The notes beneath the pieces were generated by a model. It saw only the letters and a program-made list of their open reading frames with translations, was not told the DNA's origin and ran no database searches. From Bispira polyomma (lineage: Eukaryota), in contig OZ287755.1 in NCBI GenBank assembly GCA_965649765.1, forward strand, positions 65,410,001-65,473,750: 63,750 nt of DNA, given 5' to 3'. A program made the translations under genes and the position numbers. This document shows positions 28,660 through 42,310 of this stretch, in pieces. The stretch's first letter is position 1. The number at the start of each line of letters is the position of its first letter.

Positions 28660-29896
28660 GCGAGATAGAAGCGAGAACCAAACAAACACTGACATTTAAC
28701 TGTGTGGACTTGTGAGACCAGTAAAACAGCAAAACACAGACCAAAATGGCTGACTGTTAACGACCTGATATCCAAAATCTTAGCTAACTGTAAATAGAAG
28801 TACTCTTTTTATTGCAAGTAGACATAATGAAGAAACCATGATTTGAAATCATATGACCAGTCATTTATATAAACTATTTCATGTAATTAATAAAAAACCT
28901 TTCTTATAACATTGATTATATTTTATAGCTAGTCCTAAAAAGGTAAAACCTTTCACTTTCATACCTCTTTCATGCACTATTCAATCTGCAAACAGGTGTT
29001 CTTAAATTTAAGAAAACAACATATCAGTGTATAGTATAGACTGCTCTAACTAGTGTATACCTATACCTGCACTCTATAAATCCTTCAATTCAATATATAT
29101 AATAATATTCCAAAACTCAATTGACAATCTTAGCAAGGTCACAAACTTTGGATTGCATCATAACTTACTTCTTCTACACTACAATTACCATGGGAAATCA
29201 GGAAGTAGATGCCAGTATACTATTTTAGCTTTGTGATGTTACCATAACATTACTTTTTAAAAACCACGTTTTACTAGCATCCATATCCTAAGCGACATCA
29301 AAGTGAATAAATAAAGTTTATTGATAAAATGACAGAAAATAAATTTTTAATTTTACGTCAAATATATATAAATATTGCATCTAATTTTGAAGTGAGAGGT
29401 AACTGGTATGTAATTATTGCTAGAAAAGAGAATCAACATCACCTGACTCTTTTAATCATCATCTCCCAAATAGACGCACACAAACAAAATGTATAAGAGA
29501 ATAACAAAATTGACATCACCCGTAGTCTGTCACCCGTCGCCTGAATGGAAATGTAAGCTTAATTCTATATGACAGTGTGAGGGCCAATCACTGAGCTGAT
29601 TTAATTAGCACAAGCAAGAGGGGAGGATTAAAAGTGCAGAAAGGTTCATACTAAAACTTAGGCCACCGGAAATGGACCAAAGATTATATGCCAGAGGGTG
29701 CCAACCAAACATTAATGCAAAGCCAATCAACAGTCTAAAAGCTTATATTTGTAATAAGTGTGTTTTCATAAGTTAATTAATCAAGAAAAAGCAGGAAAAT
29801 CATTCCAAATTTCCAGTTCAGATTACAGGCTATATTTGGGCCTAATTTAAAAAAGCTTATTTTAAAAAAGAAAATCTATAAATTTTCCTCGTCGTT

Positions 29897-29927
<31 letters not shown>

Positions 29928-32900
29928 GGGGCTTTGTGATCATGTACCGCGGGTCTCCATTAACTAATAAGATGCATGTTACAACTTCAAAACTTACAAA
30001 GCAGAAGCCAAGTTAGAAGCAATTTTATTTTGACAAAACTGATACATGTTTATGTAAAGGGTATTGGAATTGGAATATTACAATAATATATTAAGCTGTT
30101 GTTATTAGGATGACAATATGAAGTAGATAAAAATGTGCTCTTATTTTAAGTCAGTACCTTACAAGATGGGTTATACCCAGAGATATATGATAGAACACAG
30201 CAAACATTGACATTTAACTGGGTAGACTTAAGAGACTAGTAAACACTAGTGGCTACATGCTTCAAACAATTTCAAGCTGAACTCAGACCCAAGCTTAACC
30301 TTAAGGCAAACCTATCTCTGTCCACAAGGGAATATGAGTCAAATTTAACTGCATACTTTAATACAGCATTAGAAGCTCTATGCTAATGCATGGCCACAAG
30401 TATAGGCTCTTTTCAGTTTACAGGAAATAATAGAAGTGGAGTTTGAGCTTAAGCTTTGTTGAAAATATGGATCCTGCCACAGAACTAAAAAAGGTACTTG
30501 TAAATGACTTGATATAAAAAATATTAGCTGAAACAAATACACAAGTACATGATTTATTCTTTTATTTTAGTACATATATAATAGGCAGAATCATGGTCAT
30601 TAAATGAAATACTAGAGTAAGAAAAATGTAACAAAACCGATCTGATCTGATTGTTTACTTATATATGTGAAGGGATAATATTGTAATGGTGACCATCTTT
30701 GCACCTAAAGGTTCACCTTAGCTGCAAATTGCCTTTTGTTTAGTACTGGGGTGAAGGATGTCAAAGTGTTAAACACTACAGTGTAATCAAGTACTCACCC
30801 AGTGAAGCTAATGTACTGAGAGGAGGGAAATGCTATAAGCAGTAAAACTGCCATGGAATTACTAGGGTAGAAGACATAGGCAGATGAACCAGAAGCATTT
30901 TTGTTTGTTTGACATACATTACAGTAGCTGTCTATGGATATAAAAGACATTTGAGGAGACATAAATACCAGGTATTCAGTGAAATCATGGTCATTAATTG
31001 CAGTAATTGTACAACAATTTGTAAAACAAAATGATGGACGTGTCTTTTTAACTAACAATATATATTAAAAAGCTACTCTTGTCTTGGATATGTTAAAAAA
31101 ATCCTAAATCTGTCATTTAATTGGCATGTGAATATGGCAAGCATTTATGTTGGTATATAAAAAATGATACTATGAAAATATGAACATATTCTTCATAAAC
31201 ATATGCTAAATATTTGGTGGCGAACAAACGTAAAATGTGAGTATGTGACTTTTTGGTATCAGATTTCTATTCCTGCAAAGGATAGTGTCATGGTTAACAT
31301 GCATGTGGTTTCTTGTTTGTGAGCATTTGACATTATCACACAGCCTACTGTTAATATAATGTTAAATATTCACCATTTGATGAGTATAAAACTATTGACT
31401 TTCTGATGGCAAATGAACTCGTTAGACAGAGTTTGATAGTTGGTAGTTCCTCAATGCAAATTTACTGTGTTCACTAAAACTGTTCTTGGCTGCCATTCAA
31501 TAAGTACAATCAAACATCAAACCAGCCAAACAGATGTGTCATGTTTGTGATGTTACAGTAGAAATAAAACAAACGGTGGTGATTTTGCTGTATCTTACAA
31601 CTCCTATTTATTATGTTACTTGACTATATCTAGCACCATTATATAACTGTTAAAGGTCTCTTGTAAATAGGAAAACCTTAACACAGAACTGTTCTGTTGT
31701 ACTATATTAGAGAAAGCCCATTGTTTATGACCACTAAAGATTATTACTGCAAACAAAATCCAACCGTAAGAAATGGCATGGTCCGCAATAAAAAATTAAT
31801 AGAAGTTTCTACTTGACCTAAACCAGATATAGATGCTTTATAGTAGCCATTCACTTTTTAGAAAGAAACAGGAGGGTTTCTGTGTCTGAAGATAAACTAC
31901 TTTTGCTTCAATTTGGTGTTTTTTTCGCTCAACTCTTTATCGTCTCTTGGATATTTCCGCTATTTTTAGGTATTACACATGTATAGTGTAGTTACATATC
32001 CAGTAATATATACAAATGATGAAAACAGCACATGCATGGATAACAATTCAGGGTTCTTCAACCCCAACCAGATGCATTGTTTGACACTATTCATATTTCT
32101 GCTATTTATCTTTCTCTGTATTTAAAATAAGTAATATACAGAAGAAATATATGAGTTCGTGGAATCCCTTGTGACAACTAATTTCATGAGTGGCAAAGGG
32201 ACAGTTTAATATTAGCGTTAGTTAAGTGGTCATTTATATGTATATGAATAATAAAGTTTGTGAGAAGTCAAAAAGCTTGAAATCTTCTTGTCAATATTAC
32301 ACACAAGAATGTGTTTGCCTTGTGATGGTTTATGATAAGAGTGTGTTATTTTGAAACATCATTTCAGCTAGGGTTTGGGGGTTTATTTTGCTGGATTTTT
32401 TGGGGGTGTTTTCCTATGCTGTGTACTTCTCAAAACTAGTTCCTCATGGATGAATCATGTAGATGTATTTATTTTTTAAGTAAGTTGGATGCATAACTAC
32501 TGTGTAGCTCTGATATATTTTAGATTTTTTTTTTGGGGGGGGGGGTGGGGGGGTGGGGGGTGGGGGGGGGAGGTAAATCATTTGAAATATCCTGTCAACT
32601 ATTTAAATACTATCAAAACAGCACTCATTATGTGTAATAGTAACATTGATACTATTTTTTTATAATCAATTATGCATTCATTATGTGTGATAGTAACATT
32701 GATATTATTTTTTTATATTCAAAGCTATTTTTATTTTATTGGTTAAGGTTAATAAGTAATGTATTATAGTTTAGTTGATGTTAATATGTTATGTATTATT
32801 ACATATATCATTTATGTAAGTTTTTATCTCAATAAGCCACACACTGGCTGAGATATAACTTGAAAGCCACAACAAATCTCTGAAAGTAATGGAGGTTTTA

Positions 32901-33150
32901 GGGAGGAAAAAATTGAGAGAAAAAAGGACCAGTGGTTAAAATGTGAGGGCTTAATAGTACATGGTAGAGTAAGGGCACATCAGTGAGCAGATTTAATTAA
33001 CACAAGCAAGGAAGCGATAAAGGGGAACAAAGGTTCATACTAAAACTTAGACTACTAGAGACGGGAGCCGGGGATGACAACCCGGAGGGTAAAAAGCAAG
33101 CCTTGCTTCAGTGAAGATCACAGATGTGGTAAAGTTGTGTAATAAGAGAA
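28660..33150. repeat. Old local duplication with surviving islands (28660-28810 ~ 30190-30550; 29580-29700 ~ 32970-33090)
   Basis: AAACA(C/T)TGACATTTAACTG.GT.GACTT occurs at ~28684 and ~30202. CA.TGAGC.GATTTAATTA.CACAAGCAAG...AAAGGTTCATACTAAAACTTAG occurs at ~29590 and ~32980, in the same order and orientation. Confidence 0.75.
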
Positions 33151-35032
33151 CCCATCTGAAATAGATGCAACAAAGTAATTTGTAAAAAGAGGACTATTTA
33201 CAGACATATAGGGAGGTTCTTAAAACACAAAAGATTTATGTAATTTTTGTTGTCTAAAATTGTGGATAATGTACTATTGATCCTGGGTTTGTGGTTTCCA
33301 GTATGAATTTTGATATGTCACACAGCATCTTTTATATATTAACTGCATTACCACATATATAACCTACAGGTTTCTCTTTTTCCCTGGCTATATATTTTGG
33401 AACGTTTGGAACAAGATTTGTGTAGGACTGACCATCGTTATGCCTTGACACCACACCCAACCCTGGTCCGCTTGAAACCCCCTACAAATATTAATCAAAC
33501 AGCCCTCTGCTTGGACAAGTCGATTGCTTCCAACCAATCTATGAAGGCCTTACATATTATTTCTACGATGGTGGCACCCATTTTCCAGCATTGCCGCATC
33601 CTTTTCAGAGTAAAAAGAATATGAAGCAAACTCGCCCCATGGTTAGAAATTGGAGACCTATTGGTAGCTTGTCTCTCAAGGGAGCTGCTTCATCAACAGC
33701 AGGACATGCGAAGGGGCTAGATCTGGGTGACAAGATAATTTGGGTGCTCACAGCTCGGGGAAAGAGTGACATGTAGTGGGGTAGTGCCGGGGATTAGCAC
33801 TGAACCCCTAAATCTTTGTTTATGCTAGTTTTGGCTGAGAGGGAACTGGGCAAAAAAACTGCTGAAAGAGGCTGATGTGGTGAATGATAAAACATAAATG
33901 AACTATTCATATATAACTATTCATATAATAAACTGTCTAAATATTCTGTTGCTATAAATAGTTAATATAGAATACATGTGTATACCTATATAGAATGATC
34001 GAGAATGAAATATATATTGTATAGTATAAATAATAAATTTTAAGGTTTTTTAAAGTATTTTGTTGGGTTTTTGTTAAGCAAGTAGTAAATTATATTGTGG
34101 TTTGTACTATGTAATTTTAGCATAGTTTATCCATTTTATAATCTCTAAAGTTACACAATTTAATAATTTATGTAATCTATTATTTGGATACAAATTAATC
34201 AGTTCCAAAAGCATTTTAGGAAAAGATAGGAAAAGAGGGAAAAATATACTACACACAGTTAAAAATGAATTTTACAAATAAATAGGTTTATTTATACAAC
34301 AATGTCATAACTGCAAAGGTATAAATTGGCAGAGTCTGTGTATTTTTAACCTGTCTATGTAATACTATTTACTTCCCAAGAATGTTTAGAATTTGGGCAT
34401 ACAAAAAACGGTCCCATGGTGTCTATAAATAGAACAAGCCACCAGAAAGTCACAGCAAGTAGCCCCTTCTAGTATTCCTGTCACTAAACTCCCCTTACAT
34501 AATTAAACTCATGAATCTTTGGCCCATGGTCAAATGCCAGCATTAATCCTCAAAAAAGAGAAGATTATGGGGAGGGGAGGTGTTTTTCTTTAAGTGGAAT
34601 GTGTATAACCTTTCACAATCTACAGCTTTTATTACTACTTAAGTAGTCTGTCATTCATAGATTAAGTAGTGTATATTTTTTTCTGGTGATAAAGCAAGCA
34701 ATATAGAAGCTTGCATGTAAAGATGTAAGTTTTGTCGTAAACTTCTCTTATTATATACCTAAATTTAAGAACAGTCATATTCCAATAGTAACACATGGCT
34801 TTTTCTAAAGTAATAGCAAGTAGAGATTCCAATATACGTTATCAGTATTCAAGTTAATCTCTTTCAGATAAGACTCCAAACTAAAGCTTATTGTGATCTA
34901 AATCCCATTTACGCTGGGTGTTAAATAGGAGGACACTTCACAGTTGTAACCCACAGAGGAAACCAAGTGCCTAGATTTCATTAAGATGTGCACTCAAACA
35001 CACACACTAAAGTGGGCGTCAGCAATACAGTC

Positions 35033-35278
35033 CAGGGCTGGTGTTCTCCCAAAAACCCAAGCTCAAACTTAGAGTCAATCCCAAATCTGAAGGGTTCACA
35101 TCTCTGGCTAGGGTAGTGTTAGGTAAAATCTGACTGCATATTTTAATTTAGCGATGAAAGCTCTTCTAAAATAAATGGTCACAAATATGGGTTTCTTATC
35201 CATTGACGTTTAAATAGTCTTCATTTAGGTTAACTTTATGTCTGAGGTGGAGCTTTTTTGGAGAATATGCCCCCAGGG
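35033..35278. mobile_element. ~240-bp MITE-like family (other copies ~30250-30478, 47810-48035, 60840-61060)
   Basis: Shared core CTGCATAT..(T)GAAAGCTCT..TAAAAT.AATGGTCACAAGTAT. Imperfect TIRs GGGCTGGTGTTCTCCCAAAAA / TTTTTTGGAGAATATGCCCC. Confidence 0.7.
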
Positions 35279-37696
35279 ATGTAAAAGAGTTTTTTTTTGC
35301 CTCAAAGTTTGTTAGTAAAAATAATGCTTACATAATGTGGAACTATTTAAAGTATCATAATCTGTCCTAGCTTGATGGAGTCATCGACTTTTTAGAAGAG
35401 ATCCTTGTATGATAATACAAGAATTGTAAGAGCAAATTTTTTTTTATTCCCCTAAAAGAAAACTGTTAACAATGGTCCGTCCTTCTGTAGCAATAAATAT
35501 GAGGGTTCCAACTACTCAACCCTATGACTGTGTTTTCTAATAATGTTATATAGGTTATAATATTGCATTGTATTACATTAAATTATCAACATATTTAGGG
35601 GAAGGCTAGTAGAATTGGAGTCACGAAAGACCTTGCCAAACAGCCAGTAAAAAGGAGCAGAAAGAACAACACACGACCAATTAGTTATGTCACGATGCCA
35701 CCCACCAGTCAAGACATGTCTAATTAAAACTGACATTATTGTGGCTACATGATGAAATCTAATATTTCAATTAGAATTTCCCATTGAAGTGTATCAAGTT
35801 TCAAATTACACTCATTATATATTTGTTTATCTCCTATACATCATAATATGATCACAGTATCTTTATTAGAAGTGTTTCCCAGTTTGACTATAAACCAAAT
35901 TGATATGGTAGAAAAAAGCATTCCTTGAAACAAGAGTATGGCTAATGAACACTCAAATGTCTATTTTTATTTTCTCTTCCTTCCATGCTTCATATTTTTC
36001 TCAAAAGACGACCAAATGCACAAATTGAAAGTACTCAAATATTAAAAACTTAATTGTCAGTGGCTGTGGCATATAACCAGTTTCTGACAGAATCAATTAT
36101 AATATGCCCCTGGATGAAAACTTTCCTCCCTATTCTATATGTTCAGGCATGACTTGTCCCATGTTGAAGAAGATTACATTTCGTCAATTAAAAAAGTTAT
36201 TCTGTGTTTTTGTAATGGAACAGCTTTGAGCAGATACATATTGCAAGTATCACTGTCAGTTTTGTGAATTCACCATAATAATGATTGATGGATTGGTTCC
36301 ATGTCGCTTATATCATCGTTCATTGTTCTTCTGTTTGCAATGTACCCCTAAGAGAAAGTTTTTTAAATGAATTAAGCAGGTATGTAAGATGCGATACAAT
36401 ATTACATTATTAGTAGATAACTAAGCATTAGTAGCACATTGACACCGATAGCTACTTTTAGCACCATAGCTTCTGTACAGTTTTATTCAAGTAGATGGTT
36501 GTCAATAACCAAGCACTTCCATTGATGGCCCATTACTTGCCAACAAGTTCCATAATGTATTACTAAAAGTATTTGTAGTACTGCCAGCCCCAGCACGCAT
36601 ATGAGAAACTTGGCATGTGACTTTCTGATGATTTACAGTACAGACATTGCAGTGACCTGCATCCCTTTCTCTCACCAGTAAACTGTCAGTTCTGATATAA
36701 TATACAGCTTGTTAAAAGGATGTTGAAATATAACTGAACAAAACTAAGAAAGATATTAATAGACCAGGGCTACTGTAAAAGGTTAGTCGTTAGACACAGT
36801 CACTGCACAATCAGTTGTCATCACATCTGAGGACAGTGGTTCGAATCCCACTGATTCCTTCTTGTGGAAGATTCAAATACGTAACTACCAATCAGGTAAA
36901 CCATTGTACTTTAGGATATTTAAGTGATGTAAGACCCTGTTATAGAACAGATCAACAGACACAAAAATAAAACCTTGCAATTGTACATAAAGCAGATCAT
37001 CAATGAGAATTTCAACAATATTTGTTGGCAATCTCTTCCAATACAGCCTACTTAATGCCAATAACATATACAGAATCACTTGCAAACATTTCTTGACAAG
37101 CACTATCCGAATAATATATACACAGGGAAAAAAGAGGTGATAATAAAGACAAATGGCTTGTCTGTAATCGGCGACTAAGATAGAGCCTGGTGAAGTGATT
37201 GCTCTGGCCTTTCAACAGCTTGTTTCTACCCACAACCTGCTGTTCCCTTGGGAACAAGAAGACTTCAGCTGTTGCATAACTGATAAATGTTTCTGGTGAA
37301 GTCGGAAAACACCCTTTGAGGATGTGATAAGGTCAGCTAATTCTTTCAGTGTCAAATATAGGACCAATGTTTTGTGGGGCAACTGTACATTGTGTGTTAA
37401 GTTAATATGGTTTTTGAATCATGGGAAAGGCAAACTATGACTGTATGTTATGTCTATAAACCAGTCATGTTGTTCACAGATAGATAGATTTCATCAACCC
37501 CAAACAACTTATTTTTATAAGTGTCATATTTTAAAGAGTGTTTTTTCTGTGTATCTTAATATACTTACCTCACATTGACTTAAAACCAATGGCCTTAACG
37601 TTAACCAAAAGGTTGCCAAAACAACTGTTGCAGATATTAAGGTCAGTAGATATGCAATGTCACAGTTTTGCGTGGTTTGATTCTTGGCCTTGGAGT

Positions 37697-37895
37697 GGTA
37701 ATATTTATCTTGCAAATTTTCCCTTGCTATGTTAATATTTATCTTACAAATGTTCCCATGCAATGGTAATATTTATCTTACAAATGTTCCCATGCAATGG
37801 TAATATTTATCTTACAAATCTTCTCATGCAATGGTAATATTTATCTTACAAATCTTCCCATGCAATGGTAATATTTGTCTTGCAAATCTTCCCCT
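37697..37895. repeat. Minisatellite, 34-bp unit x6
   Basis: GGTAATATTTATCTTACAAATGTTCCCATGCAAT repeated head-to-tail with no spacers. Confidence 0.95.
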
Positions 37896-38791
37896 TTCCT
37901 ACACCTTAGGTACTTTGTTTCTTTAGGTTGCTTTTACAATCATTAGGGACCTTTTGGTTTGCTCCATTGTTGTTTGACCTTTAGGCATAGAGTGTCTAGT
38001 TAGTTATAAGGATCTGTTATCTAGGTACTTGCTGTAGGTCAGTGGTTTTCAGTACAAATAGTACTGGTTTGTTCCACCAAAAGCATCTGGCTGTCAAAAA
38101 GGTGACTAAAGAAGTTGAAAGACACAAAACTAAATCACATAGAAAGAAACCTTTTTGCGTAAAGATGTTTACTTTTTTTGGCCAAGCATTAGGACACTGT
38201 GACTTTGCTTCATTGTTGCTTGACCCTATGAGCTTAAAATTATGTTTAAATTTTCACCTTACCATTAGTTTATATGGTTGAATCCTTAATGGTGCTCCTA
38301 CTTATTTTATGTCATTCTATAACTATTGGAAAACAAAATATAAAATCCTAAAGTTGTAAAGACTAGACTAACCTCAAATTAAGACATTGCTCTTAATAGC
38401 GAGGAGTACAAGAGGGATTTGAAAAAAGGCGAAAACAGAAAAAGGTTAAAAAATAGTCCCTTTAGAACTGAGCTAAAAGCAAAGCAATAAAGATATCAAA
38501 TATAATAAATTTTCTCTTTTCAGGCCCTGTCACCGCTAATTTATAGAAGCTCAGATATTGTTAATGTTCCCTATGTGGCAACTCCTATTACTGACCATAG
38601 TATGCTCTAGGTCTCATGCTGATCACATTTCGTCTTAGATTACTGATCTAATGGTTGGTCTGAATGGTTTTTGGCTGTGGGATTTGATTTCAAAAGCGAT
38701 GATGTTGTCGCAGTAGTTATTAGAAGCACATTCAAATATTTTTTTCTTATTCTTATGTTCGCCATATTTGTTCCATATTTGTTACTCAGTA

Positions 38792-39373
38792 AACCTACGC
38801 TTCCTTTCAGCACATTCCGATGTGGCGCTTCCTTTCATCAGAAATCTTAGAAATTCGTTTAGAAATGACTGACATATATACTGTTAAAAAAGGGTTTCCA
38901 TTTTTACTTCCTGGTGTAAACTGTGACGTAGCTACAAAGCTGATGTCATTATGATGTCACTGTGACGTATCATTCCCAATAGAAGGGGAGGTTAAATGGG
39001 GTACCCTTCTATTAACTTAAATATCTCAGCCGTTTCTTAACGGATTTTGGTGAGGAAAAAAAGCACAGTAATCACAATAAAATGCCATTTTCAAAGTCAA
39101 TATCCGACTAATATTAAGTAAATCTGAAGAATAATATACCTAAGACAGTGTATTTGTAGACATATTTTCTTTCAAAATCGGTCAGTCCTCCCGATTTTTT
39201 CGCTCCCTGACAGATAAAATCTGATGGCCCAACAGACGTCGGCCGACGTCGGATATGATCTGATGCAAATTTGCTGAAAGGAAGCACTTGGTAGTATTGT
39301 ATAACAAGGGGAAAAATCGGTCGACATCAGCCGATGTCGGCCGATAAAAACATGCTGAAAGGAAGCGTAGGCT
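38792..39373. mobile_element. MITE with ~21-bp TIRs and nested internal inverted repeats
   Basis: CCTACGCTTCCTTTCAGCA at the left end and TGCTGAAAGGAAGCGTAGG at the right end, flanked by TA at 38790-91 and 39374-75. An inner pair GCTTCCTTTCA (~38827) / TGAAAGGAAGC (~39275) is also present. CpG-rich relative to flanks. Confidence 0.85.
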
Positions 39374-40043
39374 TACCCAGGGTTATATACGGAAACTTGT
39401 CTGGTTTATTTGTGAGCAAGGGATACATTATTCACATGCAGCTAATTATTGATCTAGATACCTAATTATATATATGTGAGTCAAAATTATAAGGAATACA
39501 ATATTATAATAGATCTCATGATCCCAATTGATGCCACATGATTCAGCTATTATAATACAAGTTCATTTTTTACCAGAAGATTGTAGTCTGTACACAATGA
39601 AATCCATTCACCTTTGTATAAATTGGCTTAACATTACCTACACCAAGATGTGCTTTTCCCTCACAATTTATTTTAAAAGGCCTTAAGTTGTGATTACTTT
39701 CCTATATTTTTGTTCAAAGTCAAAGATGTGCATTTAATGCACAAACTACTACTGAGAGTTTTTTGTATAACTATTCTTAAGGTAACTTTTATGTCTAAAT
39801 TTCTTTCTTTTCTCTACATTCAGATACACACACAAATACACAAGAGTGCAGTCTCTAAATAAAGACATTGCACTTTTTAAAACAGACTTCAAAAAATCAC
39901 TTGTGACTACAGCTTCAAAGTAATTTGTTAGATTATGTGCAGCAAATCAACTGTGTTTCATATTTTAGAATGTTTCATATAAAGCCACTTATATACTTCA
40001 CTATACTGCACAGCCTACATAGTCGAGGGGAGAGGGTTTTCTC

Positions 40044-40077
<34 letters not shown>

Positions 40078-40563
40078 CATCTATATCCCACAGAGAACCA
40101 GCCTAGGGTGACCCTGAATTAATCCAAATGGCACCTCAATTCTCCAGGCTGTCTCGGGGCTTTACCTCTTTGATTTACAGCCCGTCTGCCCCACGTGTAA
40201 TTGGCTTCTTATTTCTCCAACCAAAGCCCTCACAACACAGGGCAGAGCAGGCTTGCTAGACTTTTGAATAGACATATATGTATATCTGGGTTGCTCTGAC
40301 ATATAAAGAGACATACGTGGTGACCTCTGCGCAGTGGAGTGTAGTTATGTAATACATATACAAACACGTGTTTGGAACACGTGGGTGTTGTAATGAATGA
40401 AAAGTGTGTACAGTATTTGTGTCAGTTTAAAAATAGTTTAGTGGTTCAAAGGAACTCCTGTTGCAGGACAACATTTGATCTACACAGTAATAAAAATTGA
40501 AAGAAGAAAGTGGAGTTATACATATTGTATATTGTATTTATGTAAGGGTCTGATTATTTAGGA

Positions 40564-40822
40564 GGGGCCGCAGTGGCCTAGTGGTTAACAAGCATTGTGC
40601 TTCACAATCACTGGTCTCTCACCTCTGGGCGGCGTGAGTTCGAATCCTGTCGATACCTATGTGGGAAAGGTGGTGGTTCCTTACTGTGGGCCGCTGGTTT
40701 CTCTGCTTAACCTTGACCAACTGTATGCAGTGTTTCCTCCAGCGTTTCCAACTACCCGTCCCAATATAACCTACTAAAAGGTACTAGAGTGGACGTTAAA
40801 TATCCAAATTCAAATTCAAATT
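40564..40822 (+). mobile_element. Full-length tRNA-derived SINE, family A
   Basis: Pol III A box (TGGCCTAGTGG), B box (GTTCGAATCC), (CAAATT)n tail, and target duplication ATTTAGGA (40556-63, 40820-27). Confidence 0.93.
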
Positions 40823-41353
40823 TAGGAATACAGATCTTTACATAAAACCTTAAACTTAGGGATAGAATATATTTCTAAAAGACAATATACCATAACGAAC
40901 AAATTATGTTGTAAGACCAAAATAAAAAGCTAGGACAAGATTGTCAGATTTTTTTGGGGGAGGTGAGATTTTAATTATTTGCACATGCTTTAACGTTAAC
41001 AGAATGTTGAGTAATATATAAGTTTTTCTGTCAAGTAAAGATATGAACAAGGGATTACTATGTTATTAACCACATGTAAGAATGTCGTAATACATAGTGA
41101 TAAATGAGAGCATAAATTATGGGGGAAAATCGCCAGTAAGTGTTGGTATCTTGTAATATCACTCTTTGGCTTTGATTGTATTGTTAGTACCTTAACTAAA
41201 GACCAAAGCAACAAAATTACAACAATTCCCTGAGGTTCCTTAGCCTGCCACTGTGGTGACAAGCCAACCAAAAAACATAAACAGCAAACAAAACCTCCTT
41301 CGTGAGGGCAAAAATGGTATTAGTTATTCAAACAATGCTGTTCTGTGTTTCAG

Positions 41354-41597
41354 GATAACCCCGACATACCTACAAGACAACATTCTAGCAGCCTAGAGTT
41401 AGGTCCATCCATGGAGTACATCCTCACATACCAGCCAGCCATCAGACACAACTCACACCACTACACCAACAGGGTGAGGTGGAAACAGAAGAAGCTGAAG
41501 GCTGATTGGTGGAAGGTGTTCCTATGGGGATGTGACGTAGAGGTCTTCACTGGCATGGCTCAAGCACTGCTAATTCTAATGTTGCTCAAAACTACTG
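41354..41597 (+). CDS. Membrane-protein gene, first identified coding exon (in-frame ATGs at 41411 and 41555; signal peptide MAQALLILMLLKTT)
   Basis: Acceptor TTCTGTGTTTCAG|, frame open across the exon, donor G|GTAAGT at 41598 in phase 1. This matches the phase-1 start of exon 53522 and gives MAQALLILMLLKTTACSWC. The link across the 11.9-kb intron is inferred. Confidence 0.72.
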
Positions 41598-42151
41598 GTA
41601 AGTCTCTCTCACATCTTAAAAACAGTGGTCCCTTCATAGATCCCTTTATATATATATGTCCCTGTCAATAAAGGTGACCATGACAGTATGATCAGAGCGG
41701 CTTAAAGCGACATCACAACCCGATGTAAACTCAAATTAAAGTCCTCAAAGTAATCACTCATGTTCTCTCTGTTATGTCAAACTATATGTTTTAACCACAT
41801 GGGGGTGAATATTTGAGAAAAGGGAGATTTTAGGATGACAGGAGAAGACAAAGAAGACAGTAAGGCTCCACCCTAAATGTTTTTGTTATATCAGAAGAAT
41901 TCTTGTCACCAAGCCAATTTGCAACTATATTGAAAGTACTTCTCATGACTACAACAGCATTAGGGTTTAGTTTTATCCTCAGCATTTAGCGTTATGTATT
42001 CGTATGCGAAATCAAATATTGCGGCACCCTATCCAGTGAACTCCATAATCGTTCCTCTGGTGCCACACACTAAAGGTTCCGTGGCATTGTGCATTTATAG
42101 AAAACCATTAATCGTCATTATCTCTACTCACACTACACTAAAATGTGTAGT

Positions 42152-42310
42152 GCAGCCAAACCTGTCCTTTAGAACTCCCGCCATGGAAATACATGGTCAT
42201 TACAGACAGGTGGTCTTTAGATACTGATAAAACATATAAATACCTTAAAAGGGAATATTTACAGACACAGGTTTCTTAATACAGGTGGTTTCCCGAAGTG
42301 GTTTGGTTGT
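42152..42310. mobile_element. Degenerate Tc1/mariner-pogo-type MITE
   Basis: Ends CAGCCAAACC / GGTTTGGTTG, with internal repeated ACAGGTGGT motifs. Confidence 0.5.

Noticed and set aside
33951-34432. CTATAAATAG MEF2-type sites at ~33952 and 34423
   Set aside because: Expected by chance in DNA this AT-rich; no independent support.
40100-40350. Promoter and first exon near CATATAAAG (~40300) with CACGTG E-boxes
   Set aside because: Plausible, but I found no convincing donor linking it to 41354, so it cannot be supported from sequence alone.
40564-40650. tRNA genes at A/B-box motifs (also 44790-44867, 58249-58330, 62818-62885)
   Set aside because: No complete cloverleaf; the motifs continue into shared SINE bodies with tails and target duplications.
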